Below, piece after piece: positions 1-10,324 of a stretch of 64,000 nt of DNA. Both the position numbers and the translations under genes were made by a program. Below the pieces are notes generated by a model. It made no database searches, had not been told where the DNA came from, and worked only from the letters and a program-made list of their open reading frames with translations. The DNA is from an uncultured Ectothiorhodospiraceae bacterium. GTDB lineage: Bacteria > Pseudomonadota > Gammaproteobacteria > UBA9214. Numbering within the stretch: the first letter of the stretch is position 1; each line of letters begins with the position of its first letter. The DNA lies in contig CAMYIO010000033.1 of assembly GCA_947258515.1 (NCBI GenBank), positions 609 through 64,608 of the forward strand, read 5' to 3'.

Positions 1-123
1 CTGCAGAAGCGCAACCCATCCTTCATCGGTGTTGATACCATAGGCGCCACTGAGACTGTCGCCCAGCACCAGGATCACAGCCGCTGTTTCGGTTGTAACG
101 GCCACTGCATGGCCCGGCATCAT
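1..123 (-). CDS. tesA: SGNH/GDSL hydrolase (TesA-like acyl-CoA thioesterase I/arylesterase), N-terminal fragment running off window
   Basis: Reverse-complement translation is MMPGHAVAVTTETAAVILVLGDSLSGAYGINTDEGWVALLQ. The GDSLS catalytic block matches TesA, and the gene is divergent from ybbA as in enterobacteria. Confidence 0.55.
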   Translation of the reverse strand, partial: MMPGHAVAVTTETAAVILVLGDSLSGAYGINTDEGWVALLQ

Positions 124-172
124 GGTGATGCAAAATAATGCGGACAGGATAATTCCGGAGAATCGCTTGATC

Positions 173-862
173 ATGGCTGATAGTTCGTCAACTGGTTTTG
201 TCGAGGCCCGCAAGCTGGGCAAACAGGTGAGCACCCGTGATGGCGTGCTGACCCTGCTCGATGATATCAACTTCAGGGTCGATGAGGGTACCTCGGTAGC
301 GATACTGGGTGCTTCCGGTTCCGGCAAGACCACCTTGCTGGGCCTGCTGGCCGGCCTGGACATGCCAACCCATGGTGAGGTCATCATTGACGGCCACAAT
401 CTCAATGACTTCGATGAAGACGGACGTGCGCAACTCAGGGGCGAGCTGGTCGGTTTTGTCTTCCAGAATTTCCAGCTGCTGTTCGGGCTGACCGCACTCG
501 AGAATGTCATGCTGCCGCTGGAACTGGCACAAGCGCCCCATCCGCGTAAAACGGCCGCGGAACTGCTGGAACGTGTCGGGCTTGGTGAGCGCCTGCAGCA
601 CTATCCAAACCAGCTGTCCGGCGGTGAACAGCAGCGTTGTGCAATCGCCCGTGCATTTGCCACGCAGCCACGCTGCCTGTTTGCGGACGAACCTACTGGC
701 AACCTCGACAGCGATACCGGCAGTCGCATAATCGAACTGCTGTTTGAGCTCAACAGCGAGCAGGGCACGACACTGATCATGGCCACCCATGATGCACAGC
801 TGTCGCAACTATGCAAACGGCGCATTCATCTCGACGCCGGCAGATTGTCGGAACCAGGATGA
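173..862 (+). CDS. ybbA: ABC transporter ATP-binding protein (YbbA/LolD-like)
   Basis: Walker [13 protein letters not shown] signature LSGGEQQR and Walker [12 protein letters not shown] are present. It overlaps the downstream FtsX permease start by ATGA. The ORF opens at 122, but an internal ATG at 173 fits the family N-terminus better. Confidence 0.85.
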   Translation: MADSSSTGFVEARKLGKQVSTRDGVLTLLDDINFRVDEGTSVAILGASGSGKTTLLGLLAGLDMPTHGEVIIDGHNLNDFDEDGRAQLRGELVGFVFQNFQLLFGLTALENVMLPLELAQAPHPRKTAAELLERVGLGERLQHYPNQLSGGEQQRCAIARAFATQPRCLFADEPTGNLDSDTGSRIIELLFELNSEQGTTLIMATHDAQLSQLCKRRIHLDAGRLSEPG

Positions 863-3384
863 CTGATGGTGCGCAGAAAAGGGGGCTCTCGTTTGTCTGG
901 CATACGTCGTGGCGCATGCTGTGGCGTGACTGGCGTGGCGGCGAGCTCAGCATCCTTGCCGTGGGGCTTGTCATTGCAGTAACCAGTATTACCGCCGTCG
1001 GATTCTTTACCGACCGGATTGAACGCGGCCTGAAACTGCAATCCGCCGAACTTATCGGTGCGGATCTGGTGATCACCTCAGCAAAACCCGATGTCGCAGA
1101 CTATCTCGAAGATACCCGTGCCCATGGCTTTCAGGCCGCCACCACACAACAGTTCCGCAGTGTCGTGCTGGCCAATGAACGACCGCAACTGGTTGAAGTC
1201 AAGGCGGTCTCTGAAGGCTACCCGTTGCGGGGTGTGTTGCGTATCAGCGACAGCGCCTTTGGTGTCGATGAAGCAACCACAGCGATTCCCGCCGCGGGCG
1301 ATGTCTGGGTCGAGGCACGGCTGCTGCAGCTGCTGGATCTGCAGGTCGGGGATGAAATCAGTCTTGGCGCCACGACCTTTACCCTGCGCAAGCTGCTGCG
1401 TTATGAACCGGACCGGGCAGGGGATATGTTCAGCGTCGCACCGCGCGTAATGATGAACCGCGCCGACCTGGATGCCACGGAACTGATCGGCACGGGCGCG
1501 CTGGTGAACTATCGCGTCCTGATCGCGGGACCGCGCAGCAGTATCGAAGACTATCGCCGTGCCATCAAGGACAGCCTCAGGCAGGGGGAGCAGCTGCTGA
1601 CAGTTGAGGAGGGTCGTCCGGAACTCAACAGGGCACTTGAAAAGGCGCAGCAGTTTCTTGGCCTTGCCGCGCTGATCAGCGTCTTGCTTGCCGGTGTTGC
1701 CGTGGCAACGGTGGCCTACCGCTTCAGCAACCGACACCTCGACAGCAGCGCCATGTTGCGCTGTCTCGGCGCCTCGCAGAAAACTATCATCCGGCTTTTC
1801 ACCACGGAAATGCTGTGGCTGTCCCTGCTGGCCAGCAGTGTCGGCTGCATCCTGGGACTGCTGACACAGTTTGTTATCACCGAACTGCTGGACCAGCTAG
1901 TGCTTGCACAACTGCCTCCACCCTCTTTCAAGGCCGTGCTGCTGGGGTATGCAACCGGCATCGTTATGCTGACCGGATTCGCCATTCCACCCCTGTTGTC
2001 CCTCAGGCGTGTACCGCCACTGCGCGTGTTGCGCAAGGACGTACCCATGACCCCGGTCAGTGGCTGGGTCGTTTACCTTGCCGTGGTGATTTGTATGGCG
2101 GTATTGCTGTACTGGCAGGTCGGGGATATTAAACTGGTCACGCTGGTCCTTGGCGGCATTACCGCAACGCTGCTGCTACTGGCGCTTGCCGCCTATGCGC
2201 TGATCCTGTTAATGAATCGCCTGCGTGGCCGGGTCGGTGTCGCATGGCGATTCGGGCTGGCCAATATATCGAGAAGGCCGGCAAGCAGTGTCATCCAGGT
2301 GGTCGCCTTTGGCCTCGGTATCATGGTCATGCTGTTACTCTCCACGGTGCGTTCAGACCTGCTGGATGACTGGCAGCAAAGCCTGCCGGAAGGCGCTCCC
2401 AACCATTTTGTCATCAACGTGCAACCTGACCAGGTTGAAGCAATCCGCAATTACTTCAATGAACGCGGTGTCGCGGGCACGCGCCTGTATCCCATGGTGC
2501 GGGCACGACTGGTGGCGATCAATGGCAAGGCCGCACGCACCTCCGATTATGAGAGCGAGCGTGCCAAGCACATGATCACCCGAGAATTCAATCTCTCATG
2601 GGCAGAGGATATGCAGGCCGACAATGCACTGCTGGCCGGTTCCTGGTGGAGCAGGGACGACTTCGGCACACCGCTGCTGTCGCTGGAGTCGAAACTGGCG
2701 GAAACACTGCGCCTGCAATTACACGATGTACTGGGTTTTGATATCAACGGCACGGTTATCGAGTTCACGATAAGCAGCCTGCGGAGTGTTGAGTGGGATA
2801 CCTTCAACATCAATTTCTTTACCGTGGTGCCACCGGGTGTACTGGAGGACAAACCGGCAAACTGGGTGACCAGCGTGTATCTTGACAGCGTACAACGTCA
2901 GCAACTGGGAGAACTGGTACGCATGTTTCCAAATATAACGCTGATTGACGTGGACATCGTCATGCGACGTGTACGCGGCATTATGGACCGCGTAGCGCTT
3001 GCGGTTGAGTTTGTTTTCCTGTTCACGATCCTGGCGGGACTGGCAGTACTGTATGCCGCCATCCAGGCCAACCAGGACGAACGGCGCTTTGAAAGCGCCG
3101 TCTTGCGTACGCTGGGCGCCAGGAAGAAAACACTGCTACTCGGTCTGTTTGCAGAGTTCACCACACTCGGTGCACTGTCCGGTCTGCTCGCCGGGCTTTC
3201 CGCAACCACGCTTGCCTGGTTGCTGGCCGAGTTTATCTTCAAGTTTGACTACCGGCTCGATTTCACCGTGGTCCTCACAGGAATAATCAGCGGGACCCTG
3301 ATCGTCGTGACGGCCGGTTTGCTGGGTACTCGCAGCGTGTTGACACACCCGCCTGTCGAAACGTTGCGGGAAGGAACAGGCTGA
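859..3384 (+). CDS. ybbP: ABC transporter permease, FtsX-like with two permease domains (YbbP-like)
   Basis: 842 aa with many transmembrane segments, two repeated FtsX-type halves and a MacB-like periplasmic domain. It is translationally coupled to the upstream ATPase gene. Confidence 0.85.
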   Translation: MTDGAQKRGLSFVWHTSWRMLWRDWRGGELSILAVGLVIAVTSITAVGFFTDRIERGLKLQSAELIGADLVITSAKPDVADYLEDTRAHGFQAATTQQFRSVVLANERPQLVEVKAVSEGYPLRGVLRISDSAFGVDEATTAIPAAGDVWVEARLLQLLDLQVGDEISLGATTFTLRKLLRYEPDRAGDMFSVAPRVMMNRADLDATELIGTGALVNYRVLIAGPRSSIEDYRRAIKDSLRQGEQLLTVEEGRPELNRALEKAQQFLGLAALISVLLAGVAVATVAYRFSNRHLDSSAMLRCLGASQKTIIRLFTTEMLWLSLLASSVGCILGLLTQFVITELLDQLVLAQLPPPSFKAVLLGYATGIVMLTGFAIPPLLSLRRVPPLRVLRKDVPMTPVSGWVVYLAVVICMAVLLYWQVGDIKLVTLVLGGITATLLLLALAAYALILLMNRLRGRVGVAWRFGLANISRRPASSVIQVVAFGLGIMVMLLLSTVRSDLLDDWQQSLPEGAPNHFVINVQPDQVEAIRNYFNERGVAGTRLYPMVRARLVAINGKAARTSDYESERAKHMITREFNLSWAEDMQADNALLAGSWWSRDDFGTPLLSLESKLAETLRLQLHDVLGFDINGTVIEFTISSLRSVEWDTFNINFFTVVPPGVLEDKPANWVTSVYLDSVQRQQLGELVRMFPNITLIDVDIVMRRVRGIMDRVALAVEFVFLFTILAGLAVLYAAIQANQDERRFESAVLRTLGARKKTLLLGLFAEFTTLGALSGLLAGLSATTLAWLLAEFIFKFDYRLDFTVVLTGIISGTLIVVTAGLLGTRSVLTHPPVETLREGTG

Positions 3385-3405
3385 TTCGATTATCGCGGCA
3401 TGGCG

Positions 3406-4320
3406 CTAGAATCTCACCTTCAAGGTTGCTCCGAGGAAGGGTGCGGTGGACAGGTCGCTTTTGCTGATCAGGTCACCTGATTCGTCCTCCAGTCGCAGAG
3501 TGGCACCAAGCTCCGCTCCGCCGAGCAGGCTCAGCGTAATATCACTGGACACCGCAAACTCTGCCAGCGCGAATAGCGGGAAGGCTTTATCCTGACCGAC
3601 ACCATCGGGTGCCGGGCCGCTGTCGTCAAGGCGGAAGCGGGTCTTCTCGTAGCGTCCACCCAGGGCGAACTGCCAGCGCGGCGAATACTGCCACTTGAGT
3701 TGCAGGCCTGGCCCGCGGCTTGCCGCAAAACCACCGCCGGTCTCAAGCGACAGCGTGTCGGTGATCTTCCAGTCAATAACCAGAATAGGGAAGAAGCTCG
3801 TACTGTCCTCTATTTCGCTGAAGACACCAAGACCCGGACCGATGCTAAGTGTGTCGCTGATCTTGTACGCTGCGCCGGCGAGCAGGCCACCATTCCTGCC
3901 ATCATTGAGCGAAGCACCGGACTCCGCATTGAAGCGCAGCGATGGAATGGCGTAGACAGTCCAGTGCTCGTTGGCAAAGTACTGCAGCGGCACGCCGATG
4001 CGAAATTCGCGAATCCTGTCCCAGGGGTCGAGTCCACCAAAGCCCCCGGATCCCGAGAAGTCATAGTGATCCTCGCCATAGCCCAGAGCAGCACCCACAC
4101 GCCAGCGTCGAGCGAAGACACGTCCAAGGCCGCCGCTGACAAACGCGCGCCCGGCGCTCATGTCACCGCCGCTATCGAGTGAGGTACTGGACTGGTAGAC
4201 AGCACCGGCATCCAGTGTCCATTTCCAGGGGCTGTCGCCGCGCTGTGTCCGTTCGGCGGCCATGGACGGCATGGCAAGCCCCAGCAGCAACAGGCTGGTC
4301 ATCAGTGAGTGCAGCGACAT
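3406..4320 (-). CDS. outer-membrane beta-barrel protein (MipA/OmpV-like)
   Basis: Signal peptide MSLHSLMTSLLLLGLAMPSMAA, alternating amphipathic beta-strand pattern, and a C-terminal ...LKVRF with terminal Phe typical of outer-membrane barrels. Confidence 0.6.
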   Translation of the reverse strand: MSLHSLMTSLLLLGLAMPSMAAERTQRGDSPWKWTLDAGAVYQSSTSLDSGGDMSAGRAFVSGGLGRVFARRWRVGAALGYGEDHYDFSGSGGFGGLDPWDRIREFRIGVPLQYFANEHWTVYAIPSLRFNAESGASLNDGRNGGLLAGAAYKISDTLSIGPGLGVFSEIEDSTSFFPILVIDWKITDTLSLETGGGFAASRGPGLQLKWQYSPRWQFALGGRYEKTRFRLDDSGPAPDGVGQDKAFPLFALAEFAVSSDITLSLLGGAELGATLRLEDESGDLISKSDLSTAPFLGATLKVRF

Positions 4321-4590
4321 CTTGCAGGTTTCCTCTGGCAGGTGGATTGTAGCTCGACCGGTGCCAAAGCGACGGCACACAACAAGCGCAGTCCGTTTAT
4401 ATTACCAGAATCCAGCTGCAAAACCTCTTCCTCTGCAATCGCCATGGAAGCACAAAATCTTGATGAAACCTGTTGGCTCGCATCTGGTCTGAATTCATGA
4501 CAACAGTTACAGTAAAGCGAGAACAGAAAAGATAACGAAACGGCTTTATGGGCAATGGATTCATACGCGCGCAAGCACTGCGAGGTGAGC

Positions 4591-4982
4591 ATGACAAATC
4601 TGGGGCATGTGGTATTTTATGTTCGTGACCTTGAACGCTCCGTGAAATTCTACACCAATGCGGTTGGACTAGGGCTCAGCGGTACCATCTTCAATGGCCG
4701 TGCGGCATTACTCAGTGGTGGCAGTACACACCACGAGTTACTGCTTATCCAGACAGGTGCCGCCGAGGGTCCCTTGCAGGGGAAGCGTATCGGCCTTTAC
4801 CACGTCGGCTGGAAAATCGGTGATTCACTCGAGGAATTAACCACACTATCAGTCAAAGTATTTATCTCAGAGACCCTGATGGCAATGAAATTGAATTGTA
4901 TGTCGACAATCCGGATTATGACTGGCGCAACGATGACAGCTGGATGGAGGCGCCTGTTAAACCATTGAAAACCAGCAACTGA
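4591..4982 (+). pseudogene. VOC/glyoxalase-family protein, apparently disrupted
   Basis: The N-terminus NLGHVVFYVRDLERSVKFY...HHELLL...HVGWKIGDSLEEL is a typical VOC fold. The conserved C-terminus YLSDPDGNEIELYVD...PVKPLKTSN lies in another frame ending at 4982, and about 17 aa between the two parts are missing. Confidence 0.5.
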
Positions 4983-5013
4983 CAGCTACGCCACTTGAGA
5001 GGTGAATATCGAC

Positions 5014-5205
5014 ATGAGCGGAGTAACCCCCTACATTACCCTTGAGCAAATTGCCGCACGCATGCAAGACATGAATACCTGTGAGGCAGTCAACGAGGCG
5101 CTGGATGAGGTAGAATACCTGTTTGAAGTCATACCGCCCGAGCTGCAAGACCCTGCCGAGACATTGATTGCCCAGCTCAGGGAGAAGCTGAAGAACCTGG
5201 AATAA
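5014..5205 (+). CDS. hypothetical small acidic protein
   Basis: 64-aa ORF with a GAGAGGTG Shine-Dalgarno 9 nt upstream of ATG 5014. No recognisable family. Confidence 0.4.
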   Translation: MSGVTPYITLEQIAARMQDMNTCEAVNEALDEVEYLFEVIPPELQDPAETLIAQLREKLKNLE

Positions 5206-5338
5206 TCCGGACTCCATGCACTGCATGAAACAAGCCGGACCGCCCGGGCAGTGTTAATCAGCAGCTAACCATTGCAAGCCTGCCATCAGGGGCCTATTGT
5301 GTCGCGGCATCCCGACCGGCAAAACAATACAGGACAAC

Positions 5339-6102
5339 ATGAACGAGAAAACAGAAACCCGCAACATGGCACTGTTCTGCGACTTCGAGAACGTCGCGCT
5401 GGGCGTGCGCGATGCCAATTACTCGGCCTTCAACATACAGAAGGTACTGGAACGCCTGCTGCTCAAGGGCAGTATCGTCGTCAAGAAGGCCTACTGCGAC
5501 TGGGACCGCTACAAGGAATTCAAGAAAACCATGCAAACTCTGCCGACATTCGCATGGTCGTTGACGCGCTGGACCTCTGTTATACCAAGTCGCATGTCGA
5601 CACCTTCGTGATCATCAGCGGCGACTCGGATTTTTCGCCCCTGGTCAGCAAACTGCGCGAGAATGACAAGGTGGTCATCGGTGTTGGCGTGAAGAGCTCC
5701 ACATCTGACCTGCTGATTGCAAACTGCGACGATTTTATCTTCTACGACGACCTGGTACGCGAGTCGGAGAAGCCGCGCCGCGCCCGGCGCAAGCCCGTGG
5801 CCAAAAAGGCAGGCAAGAAAGACAATACAAAGATCGAGGATGACAAGCAGCAGGAAGCACTGGACCTGGTCGTTGAAACGGTAGAGGCGTTGCTCAAGGA
5901 GCGCGGAGAACAGGAAAAGGTCTGGGGCTCGATGGTCAAGCAGACCCTGAAACGACGCAAGCCGGGTTTCAACGAGACCTACCACGGTTTCCGCACTTTT
6001 GGACAACTGCTGGAAGAAGCGCAGGCGCGTAAAATGCTGACATTGCAGCTGGACGAGAAATCGGGCGGCTACATCATCAAGGAACTCAACCGCGACGACT
6101 AG
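5339..6102 (+). pseudogene. NYN-domain (LabA-like) RNA-binding protein with C-terminal OST-HTH/LOTUS domain, disrupted
   Basis: The N-terminus MALFCDFENVALGV...KKAYCDWDRYKEFKK is in the 5297 frame. The rest, NSADIRMVVDALDLCYTKSHVDTFVIISGDSDFSPLV...GFRTFGQLLEEA, is in the 5272 frame. About 20 aa of the NYN core are missing at the junction near 5530. Confidence 0.55.
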
Positions 6103-6277
6103 CCGTTACCGAACACGGCGGATTCACCCGGCATAAACTGTTGACTTGCGTGGCGGGCAAGTCGCAGTCTTGCCCGCCCCTTGAGTTACCACCGCCATGC
6201 TGCGAAAATAATGAAGCTGTGCACAGGAACAATCAACGCATGTGGCAGTCAACAGTAAAATAAAGTGAGGTTTAGCT

Positions 6278-6571
6278 ATGAACATACCCGAACGCGACGG
6301 TGACGGTTACCTGGTCGACAGCAGCGTCTGGACAGAGGAGATTGCACGCGCCATGGCAGAAGCCGATGATGTGGAACTGGATGACGTCAAGTGGCAGCAA
6401 ATTCTGAAGGCGCGTGAGTACTACGAAGAACACGCCGTGGTGCCGCCCATACGGAAATTCTCCAAGTACCTCGGGGCGGACCAGAAAGAGATGTTCAAAA
6501 TGTGGATGACCGGCCCGATGAAGCCGATCACCAAGTACGGTGGATTGCCCAAACCCACTGGTTGCGTCTGA
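6278..6571 (+). CDS. tusE: TusE/DsrC-family sulfur relay protein
   Basis: 97 aa ending ...KYGGLPKPTGCV, the DsrC/TusE C-terminal arm. Only the penultimate Cys is present and the DsrC CysB position is Thr, so it is TusE-like. GAGG Shine-Dalgarno. Confidence 0.8.
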   Translation: MNIPERDGDGYLVDSSVWTEEIARAMAEADDVELDDVKWQQILKAREYYEEHAVVPPIRKFSKYLGADQKEMFKMWMTGPMKPITKYGGLPKPTGCV

Positions 6572-6896
6572 GGGGGGCAGCCGGACAGAGCTGCACAAGT
6601 CCATTCAACCCGGAAAAGCGGCAACCTGTACCAGACTGACAACTCTCTGACGCAAAAGCGACCCACAGCCGGGAATGGACCTGCTTGTCCATGCTATCGT
6701 TGCTCTGGTGTAGGTTGCTGCTGCAGTGCCACAGAAGGCCCGTTGCACGGAAATCACACGACACCCCTGCAGCCTGAACCCCACTGCATTGGTCCAGGTA
6801 CAGCTGGATCGCACGTCTCTTTGACCTGTATCAACGACTGTATGGGATTTTTTGTATAGGTTTTAGCAATTAAGACAAGAGAAAGGGACACAGATC

Positions 6897-7391
6897 ATGG
6901 TTCTGGACAACACACTGATTGGTGCACTGATCATTCTGCTGGTGGGGCTCTCTGCGCTTGTATTCTTCAACTGGTCAAATACCCGCAGTGCCCGCCGACA
7001 TACAGAAAAGATTTTCCAGCAACAGCACCTGGTAAGAACCCACCCGGACGTGCATCGCCTGTCCCAGGCAGTGCATTTACTGCGTCCCTCGGTACGCCTC
7101 GGTTTTGATTATGTCATCCAGCATGATGATGGCAAGCTCCCCTGTATCTCGGAATGGAACACCGGCGGCTCGATGCCGACACAGGCGGATCTTGATGATG
7201 CGCTCAAGAAAGTGACCACAATCGACTCCACCGGCTATGCAGCCATGCGCAGATCGGAGTACCCGAGCATCGAGGATCAACTGGATGCGGCCTACAAGGC
7301 ACGCCGTGGCGATTTGTCCGAGCAGGAAGAACTGGATCTGCGCATCGAACAGATCAAGAACAAGTATCCCAAAACAGACGACGCCCTCTGA
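6897..7391 (+). CDS. hypothetical membrane-anchored protein
   Basis: N-terminal transmembrane helix LIGALIILLVGLSALVFF followed by a soluble domain. Good Shine-Dalgarno (AGAAAGGGA). Confidence 0.5.
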   Translation: MVLDNTLIGALIILLVGLSALVFFNWSNTRSARRHTEKIFQQQHLVRTHPDVHRLSQAVHLLRPSVRLGFDYVIQHDDGKLPCISEWNTGGSMPTQADLDDALKKVTTIDSTGYAAMRRSEYPSIEDQLDAAYKARRGDLSEQEELDLRIEQIKNKYPKTDDAL

Positions 7392-7511
7392 TGTCGATTA
7401 CAAGGCGCCCGGCATTATACCTGCCGTGAATAACACACGGCCATATCCTGCGCCGCCTGTTACAGGCCGCTCGCAGGTATCAAAGAATCAGTCACCAGGA
7501 AGAGGAGTAAT

Positions 7512-8027
7512 ATGAACAACGTCCAACCGCTATCGGGTTCCCGGTATTCGCTAAAAAAGCTTTTCTGGCTATTGCTCCCGGTGGCCCTGTCTGTGCCGCT
7601 GGCGGTACACAGCAGTTCATCGAATAATGACGGAAACGAGGATGATCTTGAGACGCACTTCACCGATTTGCGCACTTTAGTCGAAATGCCCGAGCGGGCT
7701 CGCCAGATACTAATTGAAGACATGCTCGATCATCTTGCGGTATTGAATGAAATCAACCGTTACCTGTCCGAAAACAAACTATCCTCTGCCGCGGAGGTTG
7801 CGGAAACCGGCATGGGCCAGAGCCTGCTGAGCAAGTACCAGGACGAGGCGCTGCGGCCCGGACACTACATGCCGCAGGAAATGCGGGAAATCGGCTGGGA
7901 ACTGCACAATGCGGCAACCGGGTTCGCAAAGGCTGCCAGACAAGGCAATCTGCAGGAAACCTTGATTGCCTACCATCGCATCAGCAGTGCATGCGTAGCC
8001 TGCCACTACAGCTACCGCACCCGCTGA
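7512..8027 (+). CDS. class II c-type cytochrome (cytochrome c'/c556 family)
   Basis: Signal peptide, ~150-aa helical domain, and a single CXXCH (ACVACHYSY) close to the C-terminus as in cytochrome c'. Strong Shine-Dalgarno AGGAAGAGGAG. Confidence 0.65.
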   Translation: MNNVQPLSGSRYSLKKLFWLLLPVALSVPLAVHSSSSNNDGNEDDLETHFTDLRTLVEMPERARQILIEDMLDHLAVLNEINRYLSENKLSSAAEVAETGMGQSLLSKYQDEALRPGHYMPQEMREIGWELHNAATGFAKAARQGNLQETLIAYHRISSACVACHYSYRTR

Positions 8028-8049
8028 GTTAGCCGGTCTCAGCGCCGGC

Positions 8050-8997
8050 GTGCATGACGACACCGACAGACCGGAAGCCGATCCGTCGAAAAGCGAAGGG
8101 GCAGGCCGGGGGGTACCGTCCACCTACGCGATCGGTGACGTCCAGGGCTGCTTCGATGACTTGCTGAGGCTGCTGGACAAACTGGATTTCGATCCGGCGC
8201 ACGATCGCCTCTGGTTTACCGGAGATCTCGTCAACAAGGGACCCAACTCACTGGAACTGCTGCGCTTCGTGCATGGCCTCGGCAACGCTGCCATCAGCGT
8301 GCTCGGCAACCACGACCTGCACCTGCTCGCCACGGCGGCCGGGGCGGTCAAGATCCGCAAGAAGGACACTATAGCCGAGATCCTCGATGCCCCCGACTGC
8401 GAAGAACTCCTGTTCTGGCTGCGGCATCAACCACTCCTGCACCACAACGAGGCCCTTGGCTTCACCATGATTCATGCCGGACTCCCGCCACAGTGGGACC
8501 TGGATAAAGCCCGCCAATGTGCCTCTGAGCTGGAAACCGTGTTGCAGAACCTCGATTACGAGGACCTGTTCCTGCATTTGCAGAGAGACAGGCCGCTGCG
8601 CTGGAGGGAGGACCTGGAGGGCTGGGAACGCCTGCGTTATATCACTAATTGCTTCACACAGTTGCGCTGGTGCGATGCTGACGGCCGTATCGATCTGACG
8701 GGGGAAAGGCGCAAGTCGCCGTCAGGCAAAAAACGCTCGCGACCCTGGTTCGAGCTGCCGCGCCGCGCCGGCAAACCGCTGCGGATTATCTTCGGGCACT
8801 GGGCAAAGCTGGTCATCGCCGAGCCGACCAGGAGGGCCGCACGCGTCATCCCGCTGGACACGGGCTGTGCCAACGGCGGCCGGTTTACGGCATTTCGACT
8901 TCAGGACCAGCGCTATTTCAGACTCAAGTGCAAGAACAGGGCCGTCCCCTGGAGAAGTCTCGACATGGCCGATCGCAAGGTCAGGAAAAACCCGTGA
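8050..8997 (+). CDS. apaH: bis(5'-nucleosyl)-tetraphosphatase, symmetrical (ApaH)
   Basis: YAIGDVQGCFDDLLRLLDK...LWFTGDLVNKGPNSLE...GNHDLHLL metallophosphatase motifs match ApaH. N- and C-terminal extensions relative to E. coli. Confidence 0.85.
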   Translation: MHDDTDRPEADPSKSEGAGRGVPSTYAIGDVQGCFDDLLRLLDKLDFDPAHDRLWFTGDLVNKGPNSLELLRFVHGLGNAAISVLGNHDLHLLATAAGAVKIRKKDTIAEILDAPDCEELLFWLRHQPLLHHNEALGFTMIHAGLPPQWDLDKARQCASELETVLQNLDYEDLFLHLQRDRPLRWREDLEGWERLRYITNCFTQLRWCDADGRIDLTGERRKSPSGKKRSRPWFELPRRAGKPLRIIFGHWAKLVIAEPTRRAARVIPLDTGCANGGRFTAFRLQDQRYFRLKCKNRAVPWRSLDMADRKVRKNP

Positions 8998-9129
8998 GCC
9001 GTACAGCTACAGGAAAGTCAATCCGGACATTAATAACAATCCCGTTTGTTAAACCGGACACAAATGTTCTGGTAACATGATCCCTGCAAGAAAAGCAGGG
9101 GCCCTCGGCCCGGCATTCAAGGAAGCCAT

Positions 9130-9999
9130 GTGAACAACACTGCATCGAAGTCAGCCGTGCTGCTGATACACTGCCCGGATCAGAAGGGGATAGTGATATC
9201 AATTACCGAGTTCATATTCAAGAACGGCGGCAACATCCTCTATCTGGACCAGCACGTGGATACAGAGCGCCAGGTCTTTTTCATGCGCATCGAGTGGGAC
9301 TTGCATGACTTTGTCATTGCCGACGGCAAGATCGGTGAGTACTTTGAAACCCTCGTGGCAAAACGCTTCTCGATGAACTGGCAACTGCACTTCTCGAATG
9401 AAGTGCCGCGCATGGCACTGTTTGTGTCAAAACAGCCGCACTGCTTCTACGATATCCTGGCCCGCTACGAGGCTGGCGAGTGGCAGGTCGAGATCCCCCT
9501 GATTATCAGCAATCATACCGACATGCAGACCGCAGCCGAACGTCAGGGCATTGATTTTGTATACCTGCCGCTCAGCGCTGAGAACCGGGCGGAACAGGAG
9601 CACAAACAGCTTGAGCTGCTGCAAGAGTACCGTATCGATTTCATTGTTCTGGCGCGCTACATGCAGATCCTCAGTGACAACTTTATCGACAACTACCCGG
9701 ACCGCATCATCAATATCCATCATTCCTTTCTGCCTGCGTTTCCCGGTGCACGGCCCTACCACTCCGCGCATGAGCGGGGAGTGAAGATCATCGGCGCCAC
9801 CAGTCACTATGCAACCGCCGAGCTGGACACAGGACCGATCATCGAGCAGGACGTGGTGCGCGTGAGCCACGAGAATTCGGTTGAAGACATGATCCGCAAG
9901 GGTCGCGATCTCGAAAAGATGGTACTGGCCCGCGCCGTATGGCACCACCTGCACCATAACCTGCTGGTTTATGAAAACCGCACGGTTGTATTTGAATAG
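9130..9999 (+). CDS. purU: formyltetrahydrofolate deformylase (PurU)
   Basis: ACT domain followed by a formyltransferase domain with NIHHSFLPAFPGARPYHSAHERGVKIIGATSHYAT, near-identical to the E. coli PurU motif. Probable GTG start. Confidence 0.9.
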   Translation: MNNTASKSAVLLIHCPDQKGIVISITEFIFKNGGNILYLDQHVDTERQVFFMRIEWDLHDFVIADGKIGEYFETLVAKRFSMNWQLHFSNEVPRMALFVSKQPHCFYDILARYEAGEWQVEIPLIISNHTDMQTAAERQGIDFVYLPLSAENRAEQEHKQLELLQEYRIDFIVLARYMQILSDNFIDNYPDRIINIHHSFLPAFPGARPYHSAHERGVKIIGATSHYATAELDTGPIIEQDVVRVSHENSVEDMIRKGRDLEKMVLARAVWHHLHHNLLVYENRTVVFE

Positions 10000-10324
10000 A
10001 CTACGGGTGACACAGTAAAGCATTCACGAGGAACACCCCACCGACAGCGAGTTTGTCATTCAGGACGGGAATCACGCCAGTTGATGAAACTGCCTGAGCC
10101 AGCTCCTGTATTCTTCTGCCGGTATCGGCTTGGCAATTATGTAACCTTTATATAACCCTGCTATAACGGGGTTTTTCTTCAGCCACCAGACCAATATCAT
10201 TTCCCCTGACACACTGGCACCCGTAACCCGGACACCGAGGGAGCTTTGCGGTGCAGTGCGCTGTTGTGTCTGCCCGCATGATTGTGCGTGATATATTCAA
10301 TTATTCACATCACCCGAGAAACGT

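Noticed and set aside
188-808. 206-aa minus-strand ORF fully inside the ybbA ATPase gene, and similar antisense ORFs elsewhere (1078-1737, 14228-14998, 35066-35539, 43297-44007, 53531-53971, 63273-63623)
   Set aside because: Antisense ORFs are expected by chance in ~60% GC DNA. The sense-strand genes have strong family signatures and these have none.
6572-6896. 325-nt non-coding gap after tusE, checked for tRNA or small-RNA features
   Set aside because: No cloverleaf-compatible T-loop or anticodon arm and no terminator-like hairpin were recognised. It is probably just a promoter/5' UTR for the next gene.
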